DNA of 32,953 bases from an uncultured euryarchaeote (GTDB taxonomy: Archaea > Thermoplasmatota > Poseidoniia > Poseidoniales > Poseidoniaceae): contig CALBRH010000045.1 of assembly GCA_937899865.1 (NCBI GenBank), forward strand, positions 1 through 32,953, given 5' to 3'. Shown here piece after piece: positions 1-8,756 of the stretch. The translations under genes were made by a program, and so were the position numbers. Under the pieces are notes generated by a model. It worked only from the letters and a program-made list of their open reading frames with translations. It ran no database searches and was not told where the DNA came from. The stretch's first letter is position 1; the number at the start of each line of letters is the position of its first letter.

Positions 1-1535
1 TTAGCCCATAATACATCATCTATTCTAAGAATGGAAATTGCAACTTCAGTAGCACCAATCAATGCCTGTTTAACAATCCCCTGAGGCTCTAAAACTCCCA
101 AATCTAACATATTCCCTGGTTTGCCAGTTGTCAAATTAATTCCGAATTGGTCAGAATTAGAGTTAGTTTGCTCAGCAACAACGTCTAATAAAGCAGATAT
201 TGGATCAATTCCAGCATTTTCAGCAAGCACTCTAACAATTACCTCAATAGCATCCGCATAAGCCTCTATCGCTAATTGTTCGCGACCAGGAATGGTTTCA
301 GCGTAACGTCTTAATCTACGAGCTAGAGCAACATAAGAAGCACCACCCCCACACACAACAAAACCATCTTCAATTAATTGTACACTTACTCCAAGAGAAT
401 CATCAAAACAACGTTCTACCTCGCCAAGAATATCTACAGTACTTCCCTTAGCAACGATAGTTGCAGCCTTACCATTGCTTTCAACAACCCAAAAATCCTT
501 GCCGTCAATGTTGGTATTTTTACTTGAAATCAAATCTCCTAAATCACTAGCCCGACTTGTTTGAATTGAATTTACCAATTTAGCGTCACAGGCTCTTGCA
601 AGCATATTCAAATCACTTCTTGCCACTCTACGAAATGCTTGAATGCCTTTTTCAGTCAGATAATTTTTCACATCATCATCGATACTTTCACGGCATGCTA
701 ATACATCAACACCATACTCAACCATTTTGTCAACTTGCTGCATTAGCATCTTTCGCTCTTCCTGTCTAAAAGATTCAAGAACGCCAACACTTCCGACATT
801 TAATTTCAATTCAGTAGAGACATTTTTCTTTTCAAGTCCCCCATCGACTAGTAGGATTTTACCACCAAGAATTTCCTTTTTCATATCACTGGAGATTCGT
901 TTTTTTGGTAGCATCAGGCCCTTAAACACCTTGGAATCTTCTACCCTACCTCCAGTCTGAGAGATCAATTTTATTTTTGACATATCGACAGATTTGTTCT
1001 CATCTACTACCATTTCAACAGCATTGAGAGATACTTTGGCGATAACTTCCTGCATCGAATGATATCCTTTTCCGGCGAGTGAAGTTTTGACAACAGTTTC
1101 GTTTATTTCTTCATTTGAATTCAATTTAATTTCAGGAATACATTGTAAAATATATTGCTCAGCCTTCCGATAACCCCTCGCTATAGTCGAAGGGTGGATG
1201 CCCTGGAGGACTAATTGCCAAGCATTTTGTAACATCTCTCCTGCTAAAATCACAGTACTTGTAGTTCCGTCTTTAGCAATTCTATCTTGAGTTGATGACG
1301 CATTAATCATCATCTTTGCCACAGGATGTTCGACCTTAGCAGTTTCAAGAACAGTAACTCCATCATTGGTTACCAATGTCCTTCCTTCATCATCGATCAA
1401 TAATTTATCCAACCCCTTTGGGCCAAGAGTGGACCTAATCGCTTCAGAAAGAGCCAATGCTGCTTGGATATTTTTCTGTAAAGCCTCTCTGCCATTTGAG
1501 CGAACCGTATCTCTAAGGATTGGGGCTTCGCTCAT
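1..1535 (-). CDS. ths: Thermosome / group II chaperonin subunit (3' end outside window)
   Basis: Translated by hand from ATG at 1535: MSEAPILRD...STLGPKGLDK...VTNDGVT...QDRIAKDGTTS...ERCFDDSLGV...GGGASY...AENAGIDP...LRIDDVLWA. There is no stop codon before position 1, which is why the ORF track omits it. Confidence 0.95.
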   Translation of the reverse strand, partial: MSEAPILRDTVRSNGREALQKNIQAALALSEAIRSTLGPKGLDKLLIDDEGRTLVTNDGVTVLETAKVEHPVAKMMINASSTQDRIAKDGTTSTVILAGEMLQNAWQLVLQGIHPSTIARGYRKAEQYILQCIPEIKLNSNEEINETVVKTSLAGKGYHSMQEVIAKVSLNAVEMVVDENKSVDMSKIKLISQTGGRVEDSKVFKGLMLPKKRISSDMKKEILGGKILLVDGGLEKKNVSTELKLNVGSVGVLESFRQEERKMLMQQVDKMVEYGVDVLACRESIDDDVKNYLTEKGIQAFRRVARSDLNMLARACDAKLVNSIQTSRASDLGDLISSKNTNIDGKDFWVVESNGKAATIVAKGSTVDILGEVERCFDDSLGVSVQLIEDGFVVCGGGASYVALARRLRRYAETIPGREQLAIEAYADAIEVIVRVLAENAGIDPISALLDVVAEQTNSNSDQFGINLTTGKPGNMLDLGVLEPQGIVKQALIGATEVAISILRIDDVLWA

Positions 1536-1570
1536 AGCAACCCCACAACCATCTAAGAAATAAGTGCGCC

Positions 1571-3457
1571 TCAATCTTCATCGACGACTTCAAAATCAGC
1601 ATCGACGACTTCATCGCCACCAACATCGATATTTCCATCATCTTCAGAACCGTCTTGCTCAGCCATTTCAGCTGATGCAGCCTCGTAAAGTTTAGCAGAT
1701 ACACCATGCATTGCCTCTTCGATTTCCTTGACTTTCGCTTGAATTGCAGCCTCATCGACAGCGTCGATATCTAGCGGTTTACCGTCCTCATCTTGAACCA
1801 ATTTTTCTAATTCATCCAAACGCTCCTTAACAGGGTTTACATCATCATCTTCTAGTTTATCAGAAGATTCATCCAAGGTTCTCCTTGTTTGATACAGTAC
1901 TTGATCAGCCATATTCCTCAATTCAACCTTAGCCTTTCTTTGCTTGTCTTCTTCAGCGAAATTTTCTGCTTCAGCAATCTTAGCTTGAATTTCATCCTCA
2001 GAAAGCGAGGTTTGTGCTTCAATCTTTACAGATTGTTCCTTACCGGTCCCCATATCTTTAGCACTAACATTAACAATACCATTTGCATCGATATCAAAGG
2101 TAACTTCGATTTGTGGAACTCCTCTTGGTGCAGCAGGGATGCCCATCAAAGTGAACTCTCCCAGCGTTACATTGTCCTTAGCGAATTCTCTTTCTCCTTG
2201 TAGTACATGAATAGTAACAGCAGGTTGGTTGTCAGAAGCAGTTGAGTAAATTTCAGAACGTCGAGCAGGAATAGTTGTATTTCTCTCAATCATAGTAGTC
2301 ATCACCCCACCAAGAGTTTCAATTCCAAGAGTAAGTGGAGTTACATCGAGCAGCAAAATATCAGATACACCTTCATCACCAGCAATAATACCAGCTTGAA
2401 GTGCAGCGCCCATAGCCACAGCCTCATCAGGGTTGATACCTTTGTATGGCGCTTTACCTGCTTCCTTTTCTACCGCTGTTTGAACTGCAGGAACTCTAGT
2501 TGAGCCACCCACTAAAATCACTTTATCAACATCACCTTTCTTAACACCCGCATCTTTCATAGCTTGCCTAGTTGGAGCCATAGTTTTCTCAACTAATTTA
2601 GCGATCAAACTTTCGAACTTTGCTCTAGTTAAGGCCATGTCCAAATGTTCTGGTTGACCATCAACCATAGTGATAAAAGGCAGATTTATTTGAGTTTGCT
2701 GAGTTCCAGATAATTCGATTTTAGCCTTCTCAGCAGCTTCTTTTAATCTTGACATAGCAGTCAAATCCTTTGCCAAATCAATTCCAGTATCTTTCTTGAA
2801 TTCTTTTACTAACCAGTCAATGATTTGCTCATCGAAATCATCACCACCAAGTTTGTTATTACCAGCAGTAGCCTTTACCTCGATTTGAGGCTGACCATCA
2901 ACCTGATAGATTTCGAGAATTGATACGTCAAAAGTACCGCCCCCAAGATCATAGACAAGAATAGTTTGATCATCTTCTTTATCCACACCATATGCTAATG
3001 CAGCTGCAGTTGGCTCGTTGATAATACGTAAAACTTCCAAACCAGCAATACGCCCGGCATCCTTGGTTGCAGTTCTTTGAGCATCGGTAAAGTATGCAGG
3101 ACATGTGATTACCGCTTGTTTTACTTCAGAACCCAAATACGCTTCTGCATCAGCCTTCAATTTTTGAAGAATGAATGCCGAAATTTCTTGAGGAGTATAC
3201 TCTTTATCATCAATTTTAGAATTCCAATCAGTACCCATATGACGCTTTACAGATAGTAGAGTTCTCTGTGAATTTGTTACTGCTTGTCTCTTTGCAGTTA
3301 CACCGATCAACCTCTCTCCACCATCCTTTGCGAATGCAACTACAGAAGGGGTCGTTCTTGCCCCTTCAGCATTGGCTATCACTACTGCTTCACCATTTTC
3401 GATTGTTGCAACACAACTGTTTGTCGTTCCCAAATCTATTCCTATTACTTTACCCAT
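1571..3457 (-). CDS. dnaK: Chaperone DnaK (Hsp70), 628 aa, archaeal/Gram-positive type
   Basis: Motifs [46 protein letters not shown] and [11 protein letters not shown]; ends [10 protein letters not shown]. It lacks the proteobacterial N-terminal-domain insert. SD-like GGAAGTGA upstream. Confidence 0.99.
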   Translation of the reverse strand: MGKVIGIDLGTTNSCVATIENGEAVVIANAEGARTTPSVVAFAKDGGERLIGVTAKRQAVTNSQRTLLSVKRHMGTDWNSKIDDKEYTPQEISAFILQKLKADAEAYLGSEVKQAVITCPAYFTDAQRTATKDAGRIAGLEVLRIINEPTAAALAYGVDKEDDQTILVYDLGGGTFDVSILEIYQVDGQPQIEVKATAGNNKLGGDDFDEQIIDWLVKEFKKDTGIDLAKDLTAMSRLKEAAEKAKIELSGTQQTQINLPFITMVDGQPEHLDMALTRAKFESLIAKLVEKTMAPTRQAMKDAGVKKGDVDKVILVGGSTRVPAVQTAVEKEAGKAPYKGINPDEAVAMGAALQAGIIAGDEGVSDILLLDVTPLTLGIETLGGVMTTMIERNTTIPARRSEIYSTASDNQPAVTIHVLQGEREFAKDNVTLGEFTLMGIPAAPRGVPQIEVTFDIDANGIVNVSAKDMGTGKEQSVKIEAQTSLSEDEIQAKIAEAENFAEEDKQRKAKVELRNMADQVLYQTRRTLDESSDKLEDDDVNPVKERLDELEKLVQDEDGKPLDIDAVDEAAIQAKVKEIEEAMHGVSAKLYEAASAEMAEQDGSEDDGNIDVGGDEVVDADFEVVDED

Positions 3458-3478
3458 TTTTTCACTTCCTTTTTATTT

Positions 3479-4165
3479 TCAAAATATTGGAATTCCACCA
3501 TCATCTTCATCATCGTCATCGTCACCAAAATCCAAGCTCACTTCGGCGGAAGGAGACTCATCATCTACCTCACCTAAAGCAGAGCCCTGAGGTGTTAATT
3601 TCAATGTAATATCAAGAATTCCATTATTCAATGACCAACCTACAACATCTTCACAAGGGTGTGGTAATTTGATCCTGGCCATTGGTTTAGTTTGTGTTTG
3701 CTTCATAATTTCTAACATAGAACCGCCCTTTGATAGGTTCATTTCCATTTGCATTTCCTTAACATCACCCTTCAGTGTGAAGTCAATGGTAATGGACATA
3801 TTCCAACCATCAAGATAAAAGTCATCACTTGGCAATTTCAATACCTCGTCACCATCGTCTTTTATTTCTGAAGTTTCAACTTCAACTGGTGCAGCATCAA
3901 CCTTTACATCCATGCCAAGATTACCAAGAATATCTTCGATCGATTGACCTGATTGGAACATTTTACTTAGATTGGAGAGGTCAAAGTTGAAATTTACATC
4001 CCCACTGTTTAATTTATCAGCATCTAGGCCCATTTTTTCAAATTGAGATTTGAATTGTTTCATCAAGCCTTTAATTTGTTCTTTATTCAGCGACATACCC
4101 ATGTTTCTAAACATCTCAACCAAGCGGTCAATCATTTGTTCTTCCCAGTCATCACCTTCAATCAT
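3479..4165 (-). CDS. Small heat-shock (Hsp20/alpha-crystallin-like) protein, divergent; probable start ATG 4165 (228 aa)
   Basis: RIKLP...NNGILDITLK matches the end of the alpha-crystallin domain, and a C-terminal IPI (IxI-like) motif is present. It lies directly upstream of dnaK. The ORF-track extension to 4213 covers the putative promoter. Confidence 0.72.
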   Translation of the reverse strand: MIEGDDWEEQMIDRLVEMFRNMGMSLNKEQIKGLMKQFKSQFEKMGLDADKLNSGDVNFNFDLSNLSKMFQSGQSIEDILGNLGMDVKVDAAPVEVETSEIKDDGDEVLKLPSDDFYLDGWNMSITIDFTLKGDVKEMQMEMNLSKGGSMLEIMKQTQTKPMARIKLPHPCEDVVGWSLNNGILDITLKLTPQGSALGEVDDESPSAEVSLDFGDDDDDEDDGGIPIF

Positions 4166-4169
4166 AAGA

Positions 4170-4198
4170 CCACTACTTAACCATCGGTTACATAGTGG
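4170..4198. promoter_or_regulatory. Dyad CCACTA-CT-TAACC-ATC-GGTTA-CA-TAGTGG, candidate heat-shock repressor operator
   Basis: 11 of 13 arm positions pair. The core is TAAC-N5-GTTA. It sits 4 bp upstream of the sHSP ATG, with an AT-alternating TATA-like stretch at 4212-4217. Confidence 0.6.
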
Positions 4199-4245
4199 CC
4201 AAAAGGTCCACATATATCAATATCACGAAAAATTTCAGGCAAAAT

Positions 4246-4515
4246 CTACTCTGATTTACGTATCTTCACAACACCAATAATTATTATCGCAATAACGCTT
4301 AGCGTCAAAATATTAGCAAAAATCATGGCAGTTGACTTTATTGCAATACCATAAATCAACCATAATGACAATGAGAATGCTACGATAGAAAAAGTTGGTA
4401 TTGAAATCCCATCATGGCGTTTATGCTTCCAAACTTCCATAATTTGTGGCCCCCATGCTAGAACGCCAATTATCCCTGCAGCAATACCGATGCCTTCGAT
4501 TAACCATGAAGTCAT
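4246..4515 (-). CDS. SemiSWEET / PQ-loop family transporter (about 89 aa; start ATG 4515 preferred)
   Basis: Three hydrophobic helices, WGPQI PQ motif, DGISIPTF, LWLIYG and IFAN. ATG 4515 lies 4 nt after the NERD stop. Confidence 0.85.
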   Translation of the reverse strand: MTSWLIEGIGIAAGIIGVLAWGPQIMEVWKHKRHDGISIPTFSIVAFSLSLWLIYGIAIKSTAMIFANILTLSVIAIIIIGVVKIRKSE

Positions 4516-4519
4516 CCAA

Positions 4520-5431
4520 TCACCCATTTCGATTCCATTTAGCTGCTGGCTTTGACAAGACAATCTTGTCTATACAAGCCCATGGTATGTCTCTGGGTTT
4601 GCTTTCACCGACCACATGCATGTGGAGATTTGCTCCATGCCCGATCGTTAACTCAGCATTTTTACTTCCAATTTTTATCGATGCAGAAGAAGGCTGTTTG
4701 TCGAAAACTGAGAAAAGACCGCGTTTATGAATAGTATTTCCAGTAACTTCACAATCACGCTGTTCAAAAATTTCTGCTATTTGTTCACCAAGTCCGAGCG
4801 ATAAAACATCTCCTTTATTCATTAAACCACCATGCATGTGGACTTCATCCCATGTGTTGAAACCATTCATTGTCTCGACCAATTCTTGGTTTGCATCACC
4901 AGGATTATTCGCTTTTAGAATATCGAGAAAACCCTTCTCATTCACCATTTCAGCCGCCAAATCTTTGGGTATTTTTGGCCACTCAAGTTTTTGATGAGTC
5001 ATTGCAACAATAACTCTTGAATCAGGCATATCATCATCGGATAACCCCAACCTATTCTTGTGTAATTCTAACAATAATCTTGCTTTTCTAGCAATTCTAT
5101 CTGCTACTCCATCATGACTATGCTCTTGTCCATTTTTCCTTTTTTGAATAAAGTGATGTTCTTTATTGATTCGAAAAGACCCAGCCCAATGCTTCTGCTC
5201 AACAACTAATATCGTGTTGCCGCCAATGATTACCATATCTATTTCTCTTCTACCCCCATCAGGATCAGGAATTCTCACCGATTCGTAAACCTGCCAACCA
5301 TTACCCTTTCCGGCAGCCCTCGACAGTTTGACAAGGCGCATCTCGGCTAATTCCCCAGCCCTATGTATGTCATCATGAGGGAATTTTTTTCTGCGTTGTA
5401 AGAGCCAAGATAGGCGTTTGAAAAAACTCAT
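4520..5431 (-). CDS. NERD (nuclease-related domain) protein, 303 aa
   Basis: GELAE...REIDMVII...LVVEQKHWAG, a PD-(D/E)xK-like NERD signature. Confidence 0.8.
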   Translation of the reverse strand: MSFFKRLSWLLQRRKKFPHDDIHRAGELAEMRLVKLSRAAGKGNGWQVYESVRIPDPDGGRREIDMVIIGGNTILVVEQKHWAGSFRINKEHHFIQKRKNGQEHSHDGVADRIARKARLLLELHKNRLGLSDDDMPDSRVIVAMTHQKLEWPKIPKDLAAEMVNEKGFLDILKANNPGDANQELVETMNGFNTWDEVHMHGGLMNKGDVLSLGLGEQIAEIFEQRDCEVTGNTIHKRGLFSVFDKQPSSASIKIGSKNAELTIGHGANLHMHVVGESKPRDIPWACIDKIVLSKPAAKWNRNG

Positions 5432-5440
5432 GAAGACACC

Positions 5441-6244
5441 TTACAATAATTCTGCCACACTATTGACAATAATAGTTGGCATCTGTTCAGCACCCTCGTT
5501 AAGTTCGACAACATCATCCATGGTAGCCTCGCCTGAGAGAACTAATACACCGACACAACCAGCACGATTTGCCATAGCAATGTCTGTGTACAATCTATCC
5601 CCTACCATTGCACATCTTTCTGGAAGCAAGCCCAATTCCTCGATTTTGTGCATTATCATTCCAGCATTTGGCTTACCGGTTATGTGTTCAGGATCAACTC
5701 CTGTGGTCACTTTTAACATTGCCAAATATGCTCCAACATCAGGTAATCCTCCATCAGGGGATGGGCAAACCATGTCTGGATGGCTAGCTACAAGAGGCAC
5801 TCCTGCTTGCATGTGAATACTTCCAGTAGCGATTTTTTCATAATTAATTTCGGTATCATAGCCAAGCACAACATATTCAGGGTTTTCACTGTCAGTAGTA
5901 ATCCCCCGCTCTTCTAACATTTCTCTCATCCCTTCAGTACCAATTAACCAAGTTTGAGTGATGTTATTCTTCGCTAACCATGACAGTAAATCATGTGTTG
6001 ATAGCAACACATCTTCTTCTTCAGCAGGAATTCCAAAATTATGCAACTTCTTGAGATATTGTTTAACCGAGCGGCTTGAATTATTTGATAAGAAAAATCG
6101 TTTAATCCCTTTCTCATTACAACGCTCGAGGAAGCCAAGTGCACCAGGAATTAACTCTCCGCCCAGATATATTGTACCGTCAAGGTCTAGAAACACTGCA
6201 TCAATTTCTTCAAGTCGCTTAGCTCGATCGAGTGCACCATCCAT
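5441..6244 (-). CDS. HAD-IIA family hydrolase (NagD-like); probable start ATG 6244
   Basis: Motifs FLDLDGT, LSNNSS, VLGYD, GKP and MVGDRLYTDI. GGTGA SD precedes ATG 6244. The ORF-track start at 6283 overlaps the upstream gene. Confidence 0.9.
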   Translation of the reverse strand: MDGALDRAKRLEEIDAVFLDLDGTIYLGGELIPGALGFLERCNEKGIKRFFLSNNSSRSVKQYLKKLHNFGIPAEEEDVLLSTHDLLSWLAKNNITQTWLIGTEGMREMLEERGITTDSENPEYVVLGYDTEINYEKIATGSIHMQAGVPLVASHPDMVCPSPDGGLPDVGAYLAMLKVTTGVDPEHITGKPNAGMIMHKIEELGLLPERCAMVGDRLYTDIAMANRAGCVGVLVLSGEATMDDVVELNEGAEQMPTIIVNSVAELL

Positions 6245-6252
6245 ATTATCAC

Positions 6253-7620
6253 CTAAAACATCAATGTCTTGAACATAAACCATGGCGAATGCAGGTTTTC
6301 TTGGGCTTCCTTAGAAGCAATCATTTCGGTCATCATTTCTTGAATCTGGGGCTTCTTACTTGCTTTACCGACAAACCAATTTAATAGCCATTTTTTCCTA
6401 CTTAATTTCTGCATACGATATGAATTAGTCAATTCAGGCCCTAAAATATTCCACATTTCTTCTTGGTATTCTTGAGGAGATTTTCCTGCAAGGATATGAT
6501 TAGCAGCCAACTCGCCAGTGACCAAGGCATTACCAACTCCTTCACCAGAAAACGGGTCAACAAGAGATGCAGAATCGCCAACCAATCTAATCCCATTCAT
6601 ACTTGCTCTTCGCGGCTGATTTTTCTCTTTTTTACGTGGGGAGCCAAATGGCAATTGCCACCCCTTGCCACTCCCATCAATCATTTCTGCATCGGCAAAT
6701 CTTTCTTTGAATAGTGGATGATTTTCAATAACATCCTTCTGCAGCGCTTTCAATTTCTTCTTTTCTTTTTTGAGCAACCCAATAACCATCCCAATTCCAA
6801 CGTTTGCTACTTCATCATTAACCGGAAAGATCCAGAAATATCCGGGGACAACAGAATCTACGAAGTGTATTTCGATATCCCCCACTCCTCCTTCGCATCC
6901 CTTGACATTACGCCAATATTCTCGATATCCGCCACAATAATGCATATTATCCACCATTTCTTCATTGAATGAATCTTTGACTACTGCTTTTGCTACAGGA
7001 CATTGATATCCACCAGCCCCGACAATCTCTTTCGAAAAGAATACCCTTTCCTCACCTTTGCGCCCACCGATTTTTACAACCACGCCTTTGGCATGTCGTA
7101 AATCACCAGCGCCCTGGCCGGGGTCTTCCCCTCCACTACCGTTATCGAATAGGACTTCAGTAACGGCACAATCTTGAATTACCATTCCGCCGTTTTCTCT
7201 AACCAATTGTTGACACCTATCAAACAGCAAATGGTCAAATTGCATTCTTGGTAAAGAATAACCAGCCTCAAGTTTTTGAACATCTTCTTCAGGTAATGCA
7301 ACTCGAACAGTTTTACCTTTCGGAGAAGAAAATTTGATTCCAGTAACTCTAAAATGAGGAGTTTTTTCTAAAATATCCTTTACCCCTAAAGCTTTGACAT
7401 GGCCCAAGGATTTCCCTCCAACTGCATCCCCACAAATTTTGTCTCTTGGCCATAACCCCTTTTCCAATAATAGAACCGACTTTCCAGCCATTGCCAAATA
7501 ACCTGCGGCGGCTGAACCACCCGGTCCGCCACCAACTACAATTGCATCAAATTCACTGTTGCCAGAAGGGATTTCCCCAGTATCTATTGGCAACTCCCAT
7601 GAATTTGCAGACTGAGCCAT
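6253..7620 (-). CDS. Geranylgeranyl reductase-family FAD oxidoreductase, 455 aa
   Basis: Motifs VVGGGPGGS, LLEK, PRDKICGDAV, GYFWIFP and VGDSASLVDPFSGEGV. Confidence 0.88.
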   Translation of the reverse strand: MAQSANSWELPIDTGEIPSGNSEFDAIVVGGGPGGSAAAGYLAMAGKSVLLLEKGLWPRDKICGDAVGGKSLGHVKALGVKDILEKTPHFRVTGIKFSSPKGKTVRVALPEEDVQKLEAGYSLPRMQFDHLLFDRCQQLVRENGGMVIQDCAVTEVLFDNGSGGEDPGQGAGDLRHAKGVVVKIGGRKGEERVFFSKEIVGAGGYQCPVAKAVVKDSFNEEMVDNMHYCGGYREYWRNVKGCEGGVGDIEIHFVDSVVPGYFWIFPVNDEVANVGIGMVIGLLKKEKKKLKALQKDVIENHPLFKERFADAEMIDGSGKGWQLPFGSPRKKEKNQPRRASMNGIRLVGDSASLVDPFSGEGVGNALVTGELAANHILAGKSPQEYQEEMWNILGPELTNSYRMQKLSRKKWLLNWFVGKASKKPQIQEMMTEMIASKEAQENLHSPWFMFKTLMF

Positions 7621-7723
7621 ATGAGTAACGAATTGAAAGCACTCTTTGAGACTTATCTTTGAATTCGCATTATACTAATGATTTAACCATCATCATAATG
7701 CACTCGAATTATTTGGCAATATC

Positions 7724-8704
7724 ATGTCCGATGGTCAGTTAGTAAGCGCATCGACAACTCTTGATAGCACAGATAAACAGAGGCAGATTGCAATATTAGC
7801 ATTATTGGCGGTCACTTTGGTTTGGGGTGCCACATTTATTTGGATGAAGCAAGCTTTAGACGAACTCGACACAGAAAAAGCAGCACTTGGAACAAATGGC
7901 GTAGTTGCCACATTAGTCTTCGCTCGCTTTGCTATAGCTGCAATTATGATGCTATTATTTTTCAAAAAAGCCAGAGCATCTCTCGGTGATAAACAGATTT
8001 GGCAAGACGGATTTATTTTAGGAATCTTGATGTTTATTGCATATCTTTCACAAATGATTGGACTTGACGATATAGATCCATCAGTTTCAGCATTTTTAAC
8101 CTCCTTATATGTTGTTTTTACAGCCTTAATTTCCTCCATATACAACCTTAGATTACCAACAAAAATCATGATTCTAGGGGTTGGATTAGCAACCTTCGGA
8201 GCAGGGTTTATCCAAGGACCCCCACATCTCACATGGGGCGTTGCAGAATTCATCACCGTGTTTTGCGCCTTACTCTTTGCACTCCATATTCTATTTACTC
8301 AACATATCACAACAAGAAGAGATCCAATTTCGGTATCAACAACATCATTTATTGTGGTAACACTTTGTTCAGCAATAACGGTATTTTTCCTTGGTGACGG
8401 GACAAATATGGAGCAATGGAATCTAATATTTTCCGACGGTGTATTGGTTCCAGTGTTGCTTCTAGGAGTGGGGGGCTCATTCTTTTGCTTACTATTTTTG
8501 AACATGTATCAAAGGTATTTACATCCTATTCAGGCAGCGATAATTTATGCTTTAGAACCAGTTTGGGCAACAATATATGGGCTTCAATTGGATATGGTAG
8601 ATTGGAGTATTTGGATTCTAATTGGCGGTGGAGCATTATTCATTGGTAATATCATTGTAGAATTGTTATCAAACGAAGAAAGCCCACAATTAAGCGAGGA
8701 ATAA
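7724..8704 (+). CDS. EamA/DMT family transporter, 326 aa
   Basis: About 10 hydrophobic segments; LVWGATF, SAFLTSLYVVF and AAIIYALEPVWA. Confidence 0.88.
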   Translation: MSDGQLVSASTTLDSTDKQRQIAILALLAVTLVWGATFIWMKQALDELDTEKAALGTNGVVATLVFARFAIAAIMMLLFFKKARASLGDKQIWQDGFILGILMFIAYLSQMIGLDDIDPSVSAFLTSLYVVFTALISSIYNLRLPTKIMILGVGLATFGAGFIQGPPHLTWGVAEFITVFCALLFALHILFTQHITTRRDPISVSTTSFIVVTLCSAITVFFLGDGTNMEQWNLIFSDGVLVPVLLLGVGGSFFCLLFLNMYQRYLHPIQAAIIYALEPVWATIYGLQLDMVDWSIWILIGGGALFIGNIIVELLSNEESPQLSEE

Positions 8705-8756
8705 TGTGGCGTATTGTTCAAAGCCCTCTTAGTGTTGGAGGAAACGAGGGAGTACT

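Noticed and set aside
4170-4198. CIRCE/HrcA element upstream of dnaK
   Set aside because: It does not match TTAGCACTC-N9-GAGTGCTAA, and no hrcA is present. The dyad is reported as a different motif.
4166-4213. N-terminal extension of the sHSP-like ORF
   Set aside because: It covers the dyad and TATA-like region; ATG 4165 gives a more plausible protein start.
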